Assembly: GCA_965116745.1 (NCBI GenBank)
Contig: OZ220701.1
Coordinates: 436,744-500,743, forward strand
Length of the DNA stretch: 64,000 bases
Origin: Alphaproteobacteria bacterium
GTDB lineage: Bacteria; Pseudomonadota; Alphaproteobacteria; TMED109
Direction: 5' to 3'
Both the position numbers and the translations under genes were made by a program. Under the pieces are notes generated by a model. The model saw nothing but the letters and a program-made list of their open reading frames with translations. It was not told the origin of the DNA and made no database searches. This document shows positions 26,619 to 34,566 of this stretch, one piece after another (the first letter of the stretch is position 1; the number at the start of each line of letters is the position of its first letter).

Positions 26619-26647
26619 GGGGTCTATCCCCGCGCGGGCGGGGGTGA
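26619..26647 (-). repeat. single type I-E-like CRISPR repeat-like palindrome (orphan)
   Basis: The reverse strand reads CTCACCCCCGCCCGCGCGGGGATAGACCC, which is close to the I-E consensus GTGTTCCCCGCGCGAGCGGGGATGAACCG. It occurs once, about 45-70 nt downstream of the ATPase stop. Confidence 0.35.
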
Positions 26648-26690
26648 GTTGCTCCATTCAACGCGATCAGGCAACGACGGGCAGTATCGC

Positions 26691-28031
26691 TTACAGCATT
26701 CTCCACAATCGGGACATTGGAACTGCATGGAAACGATCGCCAAAGGGGATGCTGGTCTCACCGTCATAAAGCACTATGCCGCGTTGGAAGCGGTTGCCAG
26801 CTGCTCTTTCAAGTTTGCGCAGCCCACGAAAGTCTCTTGAACTCACCGACGCGGCCGCCTTGATTTCCACACCGGCGACGGCGCCGGACGCCTGCTCCAT
26901 TACGATATCCGTTTCGGCGCCGTCCTTGTCCCGAAAATGGAAGAATTCGGTGGGTGTGTCCTGCCAACTCGCCTGTCTTCGCAATTCCTGGAACGCAAAT
27001 GTTTCCAGGAATTGCCCTAGGAGGGTTCGGTCTGCCGCCAGCGCCTTGGCGTCGGTGCCGAGCAAGGCTGCGGCGAGGCCGGTATCGGTGAGATGCAGCT
27101 TCGGACTCTTGACCAGCCGTTTCAGTCGATTGCCGTGCCAGGCAGGGAGCCGTTCCAGAAGGAACAGTCTCTCGAGAAGCGTAACGTAGTCCCCGATTGA
27201 CGGCCGACTGAGCTCGAATGGGGAGGCCAGGCTGCTGAGGTTGAAGAGCTGGGCTGTCTGGGCGGCTGCGGCGCGCAGGAGCCGTGGCAGGAGGTCGAGC
27301 GATCGGACCCGCGTCATGTCCCGCGCGTCGCGTTGCACGATTGCCTCCACATAGTCGCGATACCAGTTGGCCGAGCGCCTCGCTGTCGGGCGCTCCAAGG
27401 CCGCGGGATAGCCGCCGACAACGATCTTCTCGATAAGCTGCCCACCCAGACGCTCGCATTGGAATATCGGGAATCCGTCGCCGAACAGGGCGTTCAGGAA
27501 GTTCGCATCGGGACGAGATCGGTTTGATTGCCCCGTAAGCTCAAACTGTGTCAGGGGATGCAACGGCACGATCTCTACGCGTCCCGCCAGTGAATCCGAC
27601 AATTGGGGAACGAGAAAGACGTTCGTGGAGCCCGTAAGCAGGAAACGTCCCGGAGCCCGCTGGCGGTCCACGGAGATCTTGATGGCCCCAAAGAGCTCGG
27701 GGACGTGCTGGACTTCGTCAAGGATGACGCGCTCCGGCAAGTCGGCAACGAAACCTGTCGGGTCTGCCCGGGCGCCGTCTCTCGTGACGGGATCGTCAAA
27801 GCTGAAGTACCTGTAGTCCCGATCTTCCCGAGAGGATCCCCATGCGGGTTCATTGCCGCCCCAGGTCGGGCGGTTGCCGCTCCAGATGACGTAGTTGGGC
27901 GCGCAGGTGACCTGAGCGAGCGTAGTCTTGCCGCACTGACGGGGGCCGTGTATCAGCACGACCGGTGAATCCTCGAGCGCTTCGACAAGCCGGCGCTCGA
28001 CGGACCGGGGATAGAAGACCGAATTCGACAT
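26691..28031 (-). CDS. AAA-family ATPase with DUF4143 C-terminal domain
   Basis: Walker A VLIHGPRQCGKTTL, Walker B VILDEVQHVPELF, and the DUF4143-type tail (GGYPAAL...LLERLPAWHGN..KRLVKSPKLHLTDTGL). Confidence 0.85.
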   Translation of the reverse strand: MSNSVFYPRSVERRLVEALEDSPVVLIHGPRQCGKTTLAQVTCAPNYVIWSGNRPTWGGNEPAWGSSREDRDYRYFSFDDPVTRDGARADPTGFVADLPERVILDEVQHVPELFGAIKISVDRQRAPGRFLLTGSTNVFLVPQLSDSLAGRVEIVPLHPLTQFELTGQSNRSRPDANFLNALFGDGFPIFQCERLGGQLIEKIVVGGYPAALERPTARRSANWYRDYVEAIVQRDARDMTRVRSLDLLPRLLRAAAAQTAQLFNLSSLASPFELSRPSIGDYVTLLERLFLLERLPAWHGNRLKRLVKSPKLHLTDTGLAAALLGTDAKALAADRTLLGQFLETFAFQELRRQASWQDTPTEFFHFRDKDGAETDIVMEQASGAVAGVEIKAAASVSSRDFRGLRKLERAAGNRFQRGIVLYDGETSIPFGDRFHAVPMSRLWRML

Positions 28032-28357
28032 CGGCCAAATGTAAGCTCAGAGTGCGGCTGATTGCAAGGTTTCGTCTCGGCCAATTGAAAGAAATTCAGG
28101 AGGTACAGTTGAGCGAGTGCTCGGTAGGCGGGTTCGGCGACGCAACGAGTGACGGTCGACCGCCTGGATCTGGGTCCCTGCGAGCGGATGAAAACGGTAA
28201 TAGACCGTGACCGTCTCGCTCAACTTGTGGGGTTTATGGGCGGGTTTACACGACTGTGCGGTACGCACATCTGGCGCGGGACTCGGTCCCCCGGTCCGCC
28301 GTCCACGTCGCCGACAGCGTCGCCGGCGACCTTCTCAAGGGGTACCGCGCGGCCGCC

Positions 28358-28621
28358 TCATAGCAGCTTCACGAGGGGGACGATCACCCCGCCCTGGGCG
28401 ATCAGCGCGCCGAACAGCCATTTCAGCAGGTCCGACTTCACCGATTCGATGGTCGCCCGGGTCTCCTGCCGCAACGCTTCGATGTCAGCCTTGGTGGCCA
28501 GATTGCCGTTGAGCAGTGCGATTTGCTCGTCGGCCAGCGTCTCGGCCTGCTGCTCTGTGAAGCCGCAGTCGGTCAGGCGCTTGACGTACCGGTGGGTGTC
28601 GAACGCGATGGCCTCGGTCAT
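28358..28621 (-). CDS. DUF1640-type coiled-coil membrane-anchored protein
   Basis: MTEAIAFDTHRYVKRLTDCGFTEQQAETLADEQ...LATKADIEALRQE...GGVIVPLVKLL is the typical DUF1640 pattern. Confidence 0.7.
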   Translation of the reverse strand: MTEAIAFDTHRYVKRLTDCGFTEQQAETLADEQIALLNGNLATKADIEALRQETRATIESVKSDLLKWLFGALIAQGGVIVPLVKLL

Positions 28622-29349
28622 GCGCCGATGATACGAGCCGTACACACGCCCGACAAGAAACGCTCAGCCGCCGCTGAGCAGACACGATTGAGCGCCGCCT
28701 CGCGGACCTCTTCCTGCCCGCCCGGCGAGGACCGCCGCGTCAGGCCGAAGGACGGCCCTCGCGCGCCGGCGCAGTTCCCCGACACCACCCCGATGTCCTC
28801 GCGTCACAGGTTAAGGACTCCGGACAGCGTGCCACTGGTCAGCGTCAGCAGACGGATCGCTACAACCGACCATGGATGCCCGGCCGTGTGCCTGTCCAGC
28901 ATCGCACCCAATCGTTGCCGTTCGTTAGCACCGGCGCATGGGTGATCGTGGGGCTGTCCGGGTCAGTGGAGGCGGCGAACTGGTAGGTTAACTCTGCCCC
29001 CTCGGTCGCCGTCCGGGCCACCGCCGCCACCGATGCGGGCGGGTCGTTCAACTGCGCGATGGCGATCGCCATCGGTGCCGCGGCGGCGGCGCCGTCCTCG
29101 CTGCCGTCGTGTCACCGGGGCTGGGCGTGGGTAACTTCGTTGCTTCCCGGTTCCGCATCGGCAGGCGCGACTGGCCTTCCGGGCTGCGCTGCAGAGCGAA
29201 CAGGATGGTTCGCCTGCCTGGGTGACCGGCGCGGAATCGTGGCGGCACGTGGCCGGTTGCGGTCAACCGCCGAACCCGCATTTGCCCGGAGACGCCCGCA
29301 TTCGTCCAGAGGGGCTGAACAAGAGACGTTCGCACAGCAAACAAATGTC

Positions 29350-29378
29350 TTGACGATCTATATCTAGTACTGTAAAGT
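29350..29378 (+). promoter_or_regulatory. sigma-70-like promoter in an AT-rich islet
   Basis: TTGACG (29350-29355), a 17-nt spacer, then TAAAGT (29373-29378). It sits in a locally AT-rich ~120 bp stretch that contrasts with the GC-rich flanks. Confidence 0.4.
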
Positions 29379-29988
29379 CAAATTTCCACACGATATTGAA
29401 AAGTCAGTCAGATTTATCGTACTGGAGATTTCTTATCCGAACATTGAATCTCAATGGTGACGATCACCAACCCTCCTCGGGGGCCGGTCTAGATCGCGTT
29501 GGTGGCAGGTATTCCTCCCTATCTGCCCCGGGCAACCCGCGACCACCGGCACCGACAGGCGAGGAGGATTCTATCGCGGTCGGCGGCTGTACCCCGAATA
29601 GGCATGGGCGCACGCTTATGTCTTGGCGGTTTCCGAAAGGGTCCTAGGGAGCGCCAGTTCGGGTTGCCGCCCGGTTTCCGCGCGGCGACCGCCGACCGCT
29701 TTTGTCCTGCTCCGGCAATCCACGTTCGCATTCCCGGTGGGCTAACCGGAATACAGTTCTTCAGGCCCGCCGCAGCCACGCCCGGCTACCTGTTCGCATC
29801 GACCTCTCGGCTGTGGCGCCGTCGATCCGGCCCGTCGCCGGAGACGGGCGGTGCGTGCCGGTACGGTCGGCGCTCAGGCCAGCGCGGATCGCCGTCCGTA
29901 TCGCCGGTGCCGTACCTGCGAGGTACGGTCCTGTTGCGGATTGACCGGCCGAGTTCGGGCGCCGCGCGTGGTGCCGCCGGCCGGGAAA

Positions 29989-31530
29989 TCAGGATCGCCG
30001 CAGCATCAGCACGGACGTGACCGCGCCCACGAGAAAGAAGATCGCCAGGGCGAAGTGGCCGTCCTGAAAGGCGAGCTCATGCGCCTTCAGGGAGAGCACG
30101 TCCCGCAGATAGCTCTCGGCCACGCCGAAACGTGCTTCCGCCTGCAGGCCGGTGGTCTCCAGGAGGCCGAACAGCGTGTCGCGAAGACCGGTCGAGACGA
30201 AGTTGTCCGCGGTCTGACTGACCATCAACTCGTGCCCGTGCTCGGCAATCCGGGATTCCATGTAGATGGCGAGAACGTTGACACCGATGGCCCCGCCTGC
30301 GATCCGGACGAAGTAGTTGGTGCCTGAGGCGTAGGGCGCCAGTTCGCGCGGTACCGCCTCCATGGTGACCAGATTCTGGGCCGGGAGAATCATGCTGAGG
30401 CCGGCTCGGCCAAGCGTGATCAGTGCCGCCATGGTCCAGAAGGTGGTGAGGATCCCGGCGCCGGCGAGCAGCCAGCAGGAATAGGCGAAGATCAGAAGAC
30501 CCGATCCGATGGTGATGTAGGCCGGGATCTTGCCCACGATTCGCCCGGCAATGGGAAAGGCAATCAGCATGAAGATGCCACCGGGCAGCAGGACCAGCCC
30601 GGCCCCCAGGGGGGAAAGGCCTTGCACGGTCTGTACCAAGACGGGAATGATGTAGAGGGTGCCGAACACGCCGGCCCCGAACACGAACGCGACGATCGCG
30701 GAGGCCACGTACTTCGGGTACGTGAACAGCTTGGGCTGCAGGATCGGATTGGGTGTGGACAGTTCCCGCACGATGAAGGCGATCATCGTGCTTGCCGAGC
30801 CGAACAGCAGGAAAAAGACGAGGTCGGTCGTCCAGCCGTCGCGTTGTCCCGCACTGGTTCCGGTGAGGAACAGCATGACCGACGCGATCACCAGCGCGAA
30901 GTTCACGGCGTTGAACGGGGTTTGGACGGCGTCCTCGTCGCGGCCGGGGACAAAGCGTGAGGCGAGGCAGGCCGCGATGAACATGATGGGGAGCGGGGCG
31001 GCGAGGACCATGCGCCAATGCGCCTCCTCCATGATGAAACCGCCGATCAGCGGTCCGACCGCCGGGCCGAACACGATGCCCATGCCGTACCAGCCCATGG
31101 CCTTGCCGCGCTCTTCCGGAGGGAAGGCCAGAAAGACGACGCTGAGCCCCAGCGGCTGAACCAGACCGGCGCACAGGCCCTGCGCGACCCGCGCCATGAC
31201 CACGCCGGTAAACGTCGGCACGTACTGGCCGATGAGTGCGGCGACCGAGAAGATGGCCAGCGCCCCGAGCAACACGTTGCGCGGCCCGAACCGGGTCATC
31301 AGCGTGGCGTTCAGCAACATGCCCGCCGCCATGGCCGACAGGAACCCGGTGTAGATCCAATGCGCCTGGTCCTGGCCGATCCCGAACGTCCCCATGACGT
31401 CCGGGATCACGACATTCCCCATCGTCGACGACATCACCGTCGACACCGTCGCCAGCAGTACCGCCAGCAGGGTTCCGACCTTGTGCAGGGAGCCGGCCGG
31501 CGCCGGCGCGGTGGTGGTTACCGCAGCCAC
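29989..31530 (-). CDS. DHA2-family (EmrB/QacA-type, 14-TMS) MFS efflux transporter
   Basis: N-terminal block ...VLLATVSTVMSSTMGNVVIPDVMGTFG, 14 hydrophobic segments, and overlap with the upstream HlyD-family gene. Confidence 0.9.
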   Translation of the reverse strand: MAAVTTTAPAPAGSLHKVGTLLAVLLATVSTVMSSTMGNVVIPDVMGTFGIGQDQAHWIYTGFLSAMAAGMLLNATLMTRFGPRNVLLGALAIFSVAALIGQYVPTFTGVVMARVAQGLCAGLVQPLGLSVVFLAFPPEERGKAMGWYGMGIVFGPAVGPLIGGFIMEEAHWRMVLAAPLPIMFIAACLASRFVPGRDEDAVQTPFNAVNFALVIASVMLFLTGTSAGQRDGWTTDLVFFLLFGSASTMIAFIVRELSTPNPILQPKLFTYPKYVASAIVAFVFGAGVFGTLYIIPVLVQTVQGLSPLGAGLVLLPGGIFMLIAFPIAGRIVGKIPAYITIGSGLLIFAYSCWLLAGAGILTTFWTMAALITLGRAGLSMILPAQNLVTMEAVPRELAPYASGTNYFVRIAGGAIGVNVLAIYMESRIAEHGHELMVSQTADNFVSTGLRDTLFGLLETTGLQAEARFGVAESYLRDVLSLKAHELAFQDGHFALAIFFLVGAVTSVLMLRRS

Positions 31531-32774
31531 GACCAGAACCCGTCGGCCGAGCCGTCGTCGACGTACACCTCCACCATCATCCCGGGCTTCAGCCGCGCAT
31601 CCGGCGGCGCGATGTCGATCCGCACCTTGATCCGCTGCGTCACCTTCGTGAACGTGCTCGAATCGTTGAGCCGCGGCAGCAGCGAGAACTGGCTGGTCGC
31701 CGCATCGCCGATCCGCGCCACCCGGCCCGCCACCTCCAGGTCGGGGTAGGCGTCGACCTCGATCCGCACCGGCTGCCCCACCTCGAGCCGTGCGACCTCG
31801 GTCTCGCGGATGTTGGTCTCGACCCAGATCCCGGCCGGATCATGCAGCACCAGCAGCCGCTCGCCCGCCGACACGTACTCCCCGGCCATCACGAACGTGC
31901 CGCCCACCACCCCGTCGATCGGGCTGGTGATCGTCCGGTCGGCAAGGTCGATCTCCTGGCGCTGCCGGCGCGCCGCGATCTCCGCCGAGCGCGCCCCGAG
32001 CGTCACCCGCTCGGCCTCGCTCACCCCCAGCATCGCCCGGTCGGCCTCCGCCTCCGCCAGCTGCGCCTCCGCCTTCGCGACGCCCGCCGCCGCCCGCCCC
32101 AGCTCCTGGCGCGCCTTCAGGAAATCGGCCCGCGCCCGCTCCAGGCGCGCCGCCGGGACCGCGCCCGAATCCGCCAGCGCCTCCATGCGCCGGAACTCCG
32201 ACTCGAGGTACGTCAGCTCGTCGGCGTGCACGCGCCGGTTGGCCTCCGCCTCGCCGACCTGCGAGCGGGCGGTCGCGATGCGGGCCTCGACCTGGCCCTC
32301 GGTGAGCGCCGCCTGCGCATCCACGCGGCGCAGCTCGGCCTCGAGCGCCGCGAGCTCGGAGTCGGTCTCGGCGAGCGCCAGCGCCGCCGCGCGCGTGTCG
32401 AGCCGGGCGAGGACCTGGCCCCTGGTGACGCGGTCGCCCTCGCCGACCAGGCGCTCGAGCAGGACGCCCTCGGCGGTGCTGCTGACCGCGAGGAGGTCGG
32501 CCTTCACGCGGGCGTCGGCCTCGTGCACGTAGAGGACGGAGGTGCGGATCCACTGCGCCGCCCAGGCGGCCATGGTGGCCAGCAGGACCAGCAGCAGCAG
32601 GACCCGACCGGCCAGGACCAGCAGTCGGCGCCCGCGCGACGGCGCGGGGGCGTCGGCGGGGGGCTCGGGCTCGGGCGCCGGCGGCGGCGCAGTCTGGTCA
32701 GAGGCGACGGCCGGGCGGAACCGGCGCTCGGCGCCGAGGTCGAGTGTACGTCCGGTTTCAAGTTGCCTGGGCAA
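31518..32774 (-). CDS. HlyD-family membrane fusion protein (EmrA-type)
   Basis: A single TM helix (LLVLAGRVLLLLVLLATMAAWAA) is followed by the lipoyl/coiled-coil/beta-barrel pattern (VHEADARVKADLLAVSSTAEGVL...GDRVTRGQVLARLD ... TITSPIDGVV). I chose TTG 32774, because the 631-aa ATG-started ORF adds an implausible N-terminal extension. Confidence 0.8.
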   Translation of the reverse strand: MPRQLETGRTLDLGAERRFRPAVASDQTAPPPAPEPEPPADAPAPSRGRRLLVLAGRVLLLLVLLATMAAWAAQWIRTSVLYVHEADARVKADLLAVSSTAEGVLLERLVGEGDRVTRGQVLARLDTRAAALALAETDSELAALEAELRRVDAQAALTEGQVEARIATARSQVGEAEANRRVHADELTYLESEFRRMEALADSGAVPAARLERARADFLKARQELGRAAAGVAKAEAQLAEAEADRAMLGVSEAERVTLGARSAEIAARRQRQEIDLADRTITSPIDGVVGGTFVMAGEYVSAGERLLVLHDPAGIWVETNIRETEVARLEVGQPVRIEVDAYPDLEVAGRVARIGDAATSQFSLLPRLNDSSTFTKVTQRIKVRIDIAPPDARLKPGMMVEVYVDDGSADGFWSWLR

Positions 32775-32828
32775 CGCAAGGCTTCTTCCGGTGGTCAGGA
32801 GAACGTAAGTATACGTTAATGACACTGT

Positions 32829-32865
32829 TTGACGCGATAGATCGCGTGCGTGGACATCTTGACGC
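32829..32865. promoter_or_regulatory. palindrome and direct repeats upstream of the efflux operon (candidate repressor operator)
   Basis: CGCGAT-AG-ATCGCG palindrome at 32833..32846, flanked by TTGACGC copies at 32829 and 32859. It lies ~60-90 nt upstream of the proposed emrA-type start. Confidence 0.3.
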
Positions 32866-33385
32866 CATTTACTGGCTACTGAAATTTCCTCCCTCACCGG
32901 ATGTCCGCAGGTCCTGGATGTCGGTCCCCGCCGGTTGAAACCGAACTCCGAGTGGGTCTCCAGACGATCTATCGAGGAGTATCTCGCCCGCACGGCCGGA
33001 CTGTCTTCGGGGACGCCGGTAGCGCCGTGCGTGACGCTTCGCGCAGCCCGCCGGAACGTCGGCGGATCGGTTGCGCACCCCATACGCGGTGCCCCGCACC
33101 CTATGAACGGCTGGGTCGGATCTACTCGGCACTGATCCACGCGGCGCCGTAATGACCGTGCTGACCCGGCAATCACCGATGACGAAGCGACGCTCCTGCA
33201 GGCAAGCGAACCGACGGTACCGATCTGGCCCTCAAGTTCCATGGGTTTGCAAGGATCGCCGGCGACAGGCCCGACGGCAGGAGCAACGGTGTTTGGACCG
33301 CGGTCGCCCATATCCCCGTACTGCCGCCGGGCAGAGGCCAACGGCGACCCTATGGCGGTGTCGTGGTTGGCGCCCCGGGTTCGTA

Positions 33386-33419
33386 TTGACATGATGTGAC
33401 CAGTCATTAACACTGGTCA
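33386..33419 (+). promoter_or_regulatory. promoter with a perfect inverted-repeat operator for the Phd-VapC module
   Basis: TTGACA at 33386-33391. Inverted repeat TGACCAGT-cattaac-ACTGGTCA at 33397..33419 ends 1 nt before the ATG (33421). No room is left for a Shine-Dalgarno sequence. Confidence 0.55.
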
Positions 33420-33420
33420 T

Positions 33421-33660
33421 ATGGAAACGATCAACGCTTCCGAATTCAAGGCCCGCTGCCTGGCCATCCTTGATCGTGTCTTCGCGACGGGAGAACCCGT
33501 GGTCATCCTGAAACGCGGTCGGCCGGTGGCGGAACTGGGTCCGGTGCGTAGCGTTGACGTCGGATATCCGCAGTCGGGACTGGCCGGCACGGTTACCGTG
33601 GTTGGGGACATTGTGGAGCCCGCCGTGGCGGAACAGGAGTGGGAAGCGTTGCAGCGGTGA
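33421..33660 (+). CDS. Phd/YefM-family antitoxin
   Basis: METINASEFKARCLAILDRVFATGEPVVILKRGRPVAEL is the canonical Phd/YefM N-terminus. Confidence 0.85.
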   Translation: METINASEFKARCLAILDRVFATGEPVVILKRGRPVAELGPVRSVDVGYPQSGLAGTVTVVGDIVEPAVAEQEWEALQR

Positions 33661-34055
33661 GGGCCCTGCTTGATACGCACGTACTGATCTGGTGGTTCGG
33701 TGATCGCTCGCGGCTGTCGCCGGCGCAGCAGCAGATTCTCGCTTCCGCGAGCCCGGAGGCGCCCCTCGTGGTATCGGACATTTCGCTCTGGGAAGTGGCG
33801 ACCCTGCAGGACCTTGGTCGAATTCGGCTGGCCATGCCATTGCGCGAATGGCTCGACCGCGCCACGGCCGCGCCGCTGGTGCGGCGGCAGGGCATATCGC
33901 CGGCGATCGCTGCGGAATTGACGGTGCTTCCGACTTCCTTTCGTGGAGACCGGGTCGACCGGATACTTGTCGCCACGGCCCGGGTGCTTGGCGCAACCCT
34001 CCTCACGCAGGACCGCAGGATTGCCGAATCCGGACTGGCGGAAACGCTGGCTTGA
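33657..34055 (+). CDS. vapC: PIN-domain VapC toxin
   Basis: GTG overlaps the antitoxin stop (GTGA). LLDTHVLIWW...SDISLWEVA...DRVDRILVATA...LLTQDRRI carry the PIN acidic residues. Confidence 0.85.
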   Translation: MRALLDTHVLIWWFGDRSRLSPAQQQILASASPEAPLVVSDISLWEVATLQDLGRIRLAMPLREWLDRATAAPLVRRQGISPAIAAELTVLPTSFRGDRVDRILVATARVLGATLLTQDRRIAESGLAETLA

Positions 34056-34566
34056 GAAGCGTCTTCAGCTCTGATCTGGACCAGGTCGCGCCGGGTGTTC
34101 GATCGGCGATCGAACCTTTCCGCCTAGGCCAAGAGCTGCCTCGGATCACTTGGACCCGCAGGAGTCCGGGAGCAGGCGTGCGGGAAAACAGAACCGCAGC
34201 ACCACGATTCCTGATCTCGAACTGAAACCGTCGCCGTCGCTACCCGGCTTTCGTGCCTCCCGGGACTTGGCCGGTGCGCAGCAGCGCTCCATGTGCGTTC
34301 GACCGGCGGACAGAGACTCGCGGATGCGGCCTTTCTCCAGAAGCTGTAGCCAACTCGGCACGTAAGCGGGTCCACGTTCACGAAGTTCCTTCGCTGGGTG
34401 ACAGGATCGGGATTGTCTGGCGGCCATGCTTCCGGTAGGAGGATTTCAAGGTGGCCGCGCCAACCGCCGCTGTGAGCCGGCGACCCGGAACGGAACGTGC
34501 CGATCGGCGCGAGGAAGCTGAACACCGAGGACGCGGAGCGCACCATGGCCCGGGAGTGGCAAGCTT

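Noticed and set aside
26619-26647. Possible CRISPR array
   Set aside because: I found only one repeat-like unit, with no spacer-repeat periodicity and no cas genes in the window. It is reported only as an orphan repeat-like palindrome.
28047-28268. Possible DUF5372 (Y4bD/Y4pK-like) fragment: TVTVYYRFHPLAGTQIQAV
   Set aside because: Only a ~20-residue motif resemblance, and no associated tyrosine-recombinase trio. Too weak to annotate.
28860-29072. Adhesin or cadherin-like peptide (LNDPPASVAAVARTATEGAELTYQFAASTDPDSPTITH)
   Set aside because: It is a short isolated fragment preceded by an in-frame stop. It has no signal peptide and no repeats, so it is likely a relic.
29340-29611. Group II intron 5-prime end (reverse strand begins GTGCGCCCA at 29611, like some bacterial introns)
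   Set aside because: Only the first 9 nt resemble an intron start. There is no domain V-like hairpin, no reverse-transcriptase ORF and no 3-prime AY end that I can recognise.
32775-33413. N-terminal 210-aa extension of the HlyD-family ORF (631-aa ATG-started version)
   Set aside because: The extension has junk-like composition and no membrane-fusion-protein similarity. The conserved protein begins shortly before the TM helix, and a TTG at 32774 gives a normal ~418-aa product.
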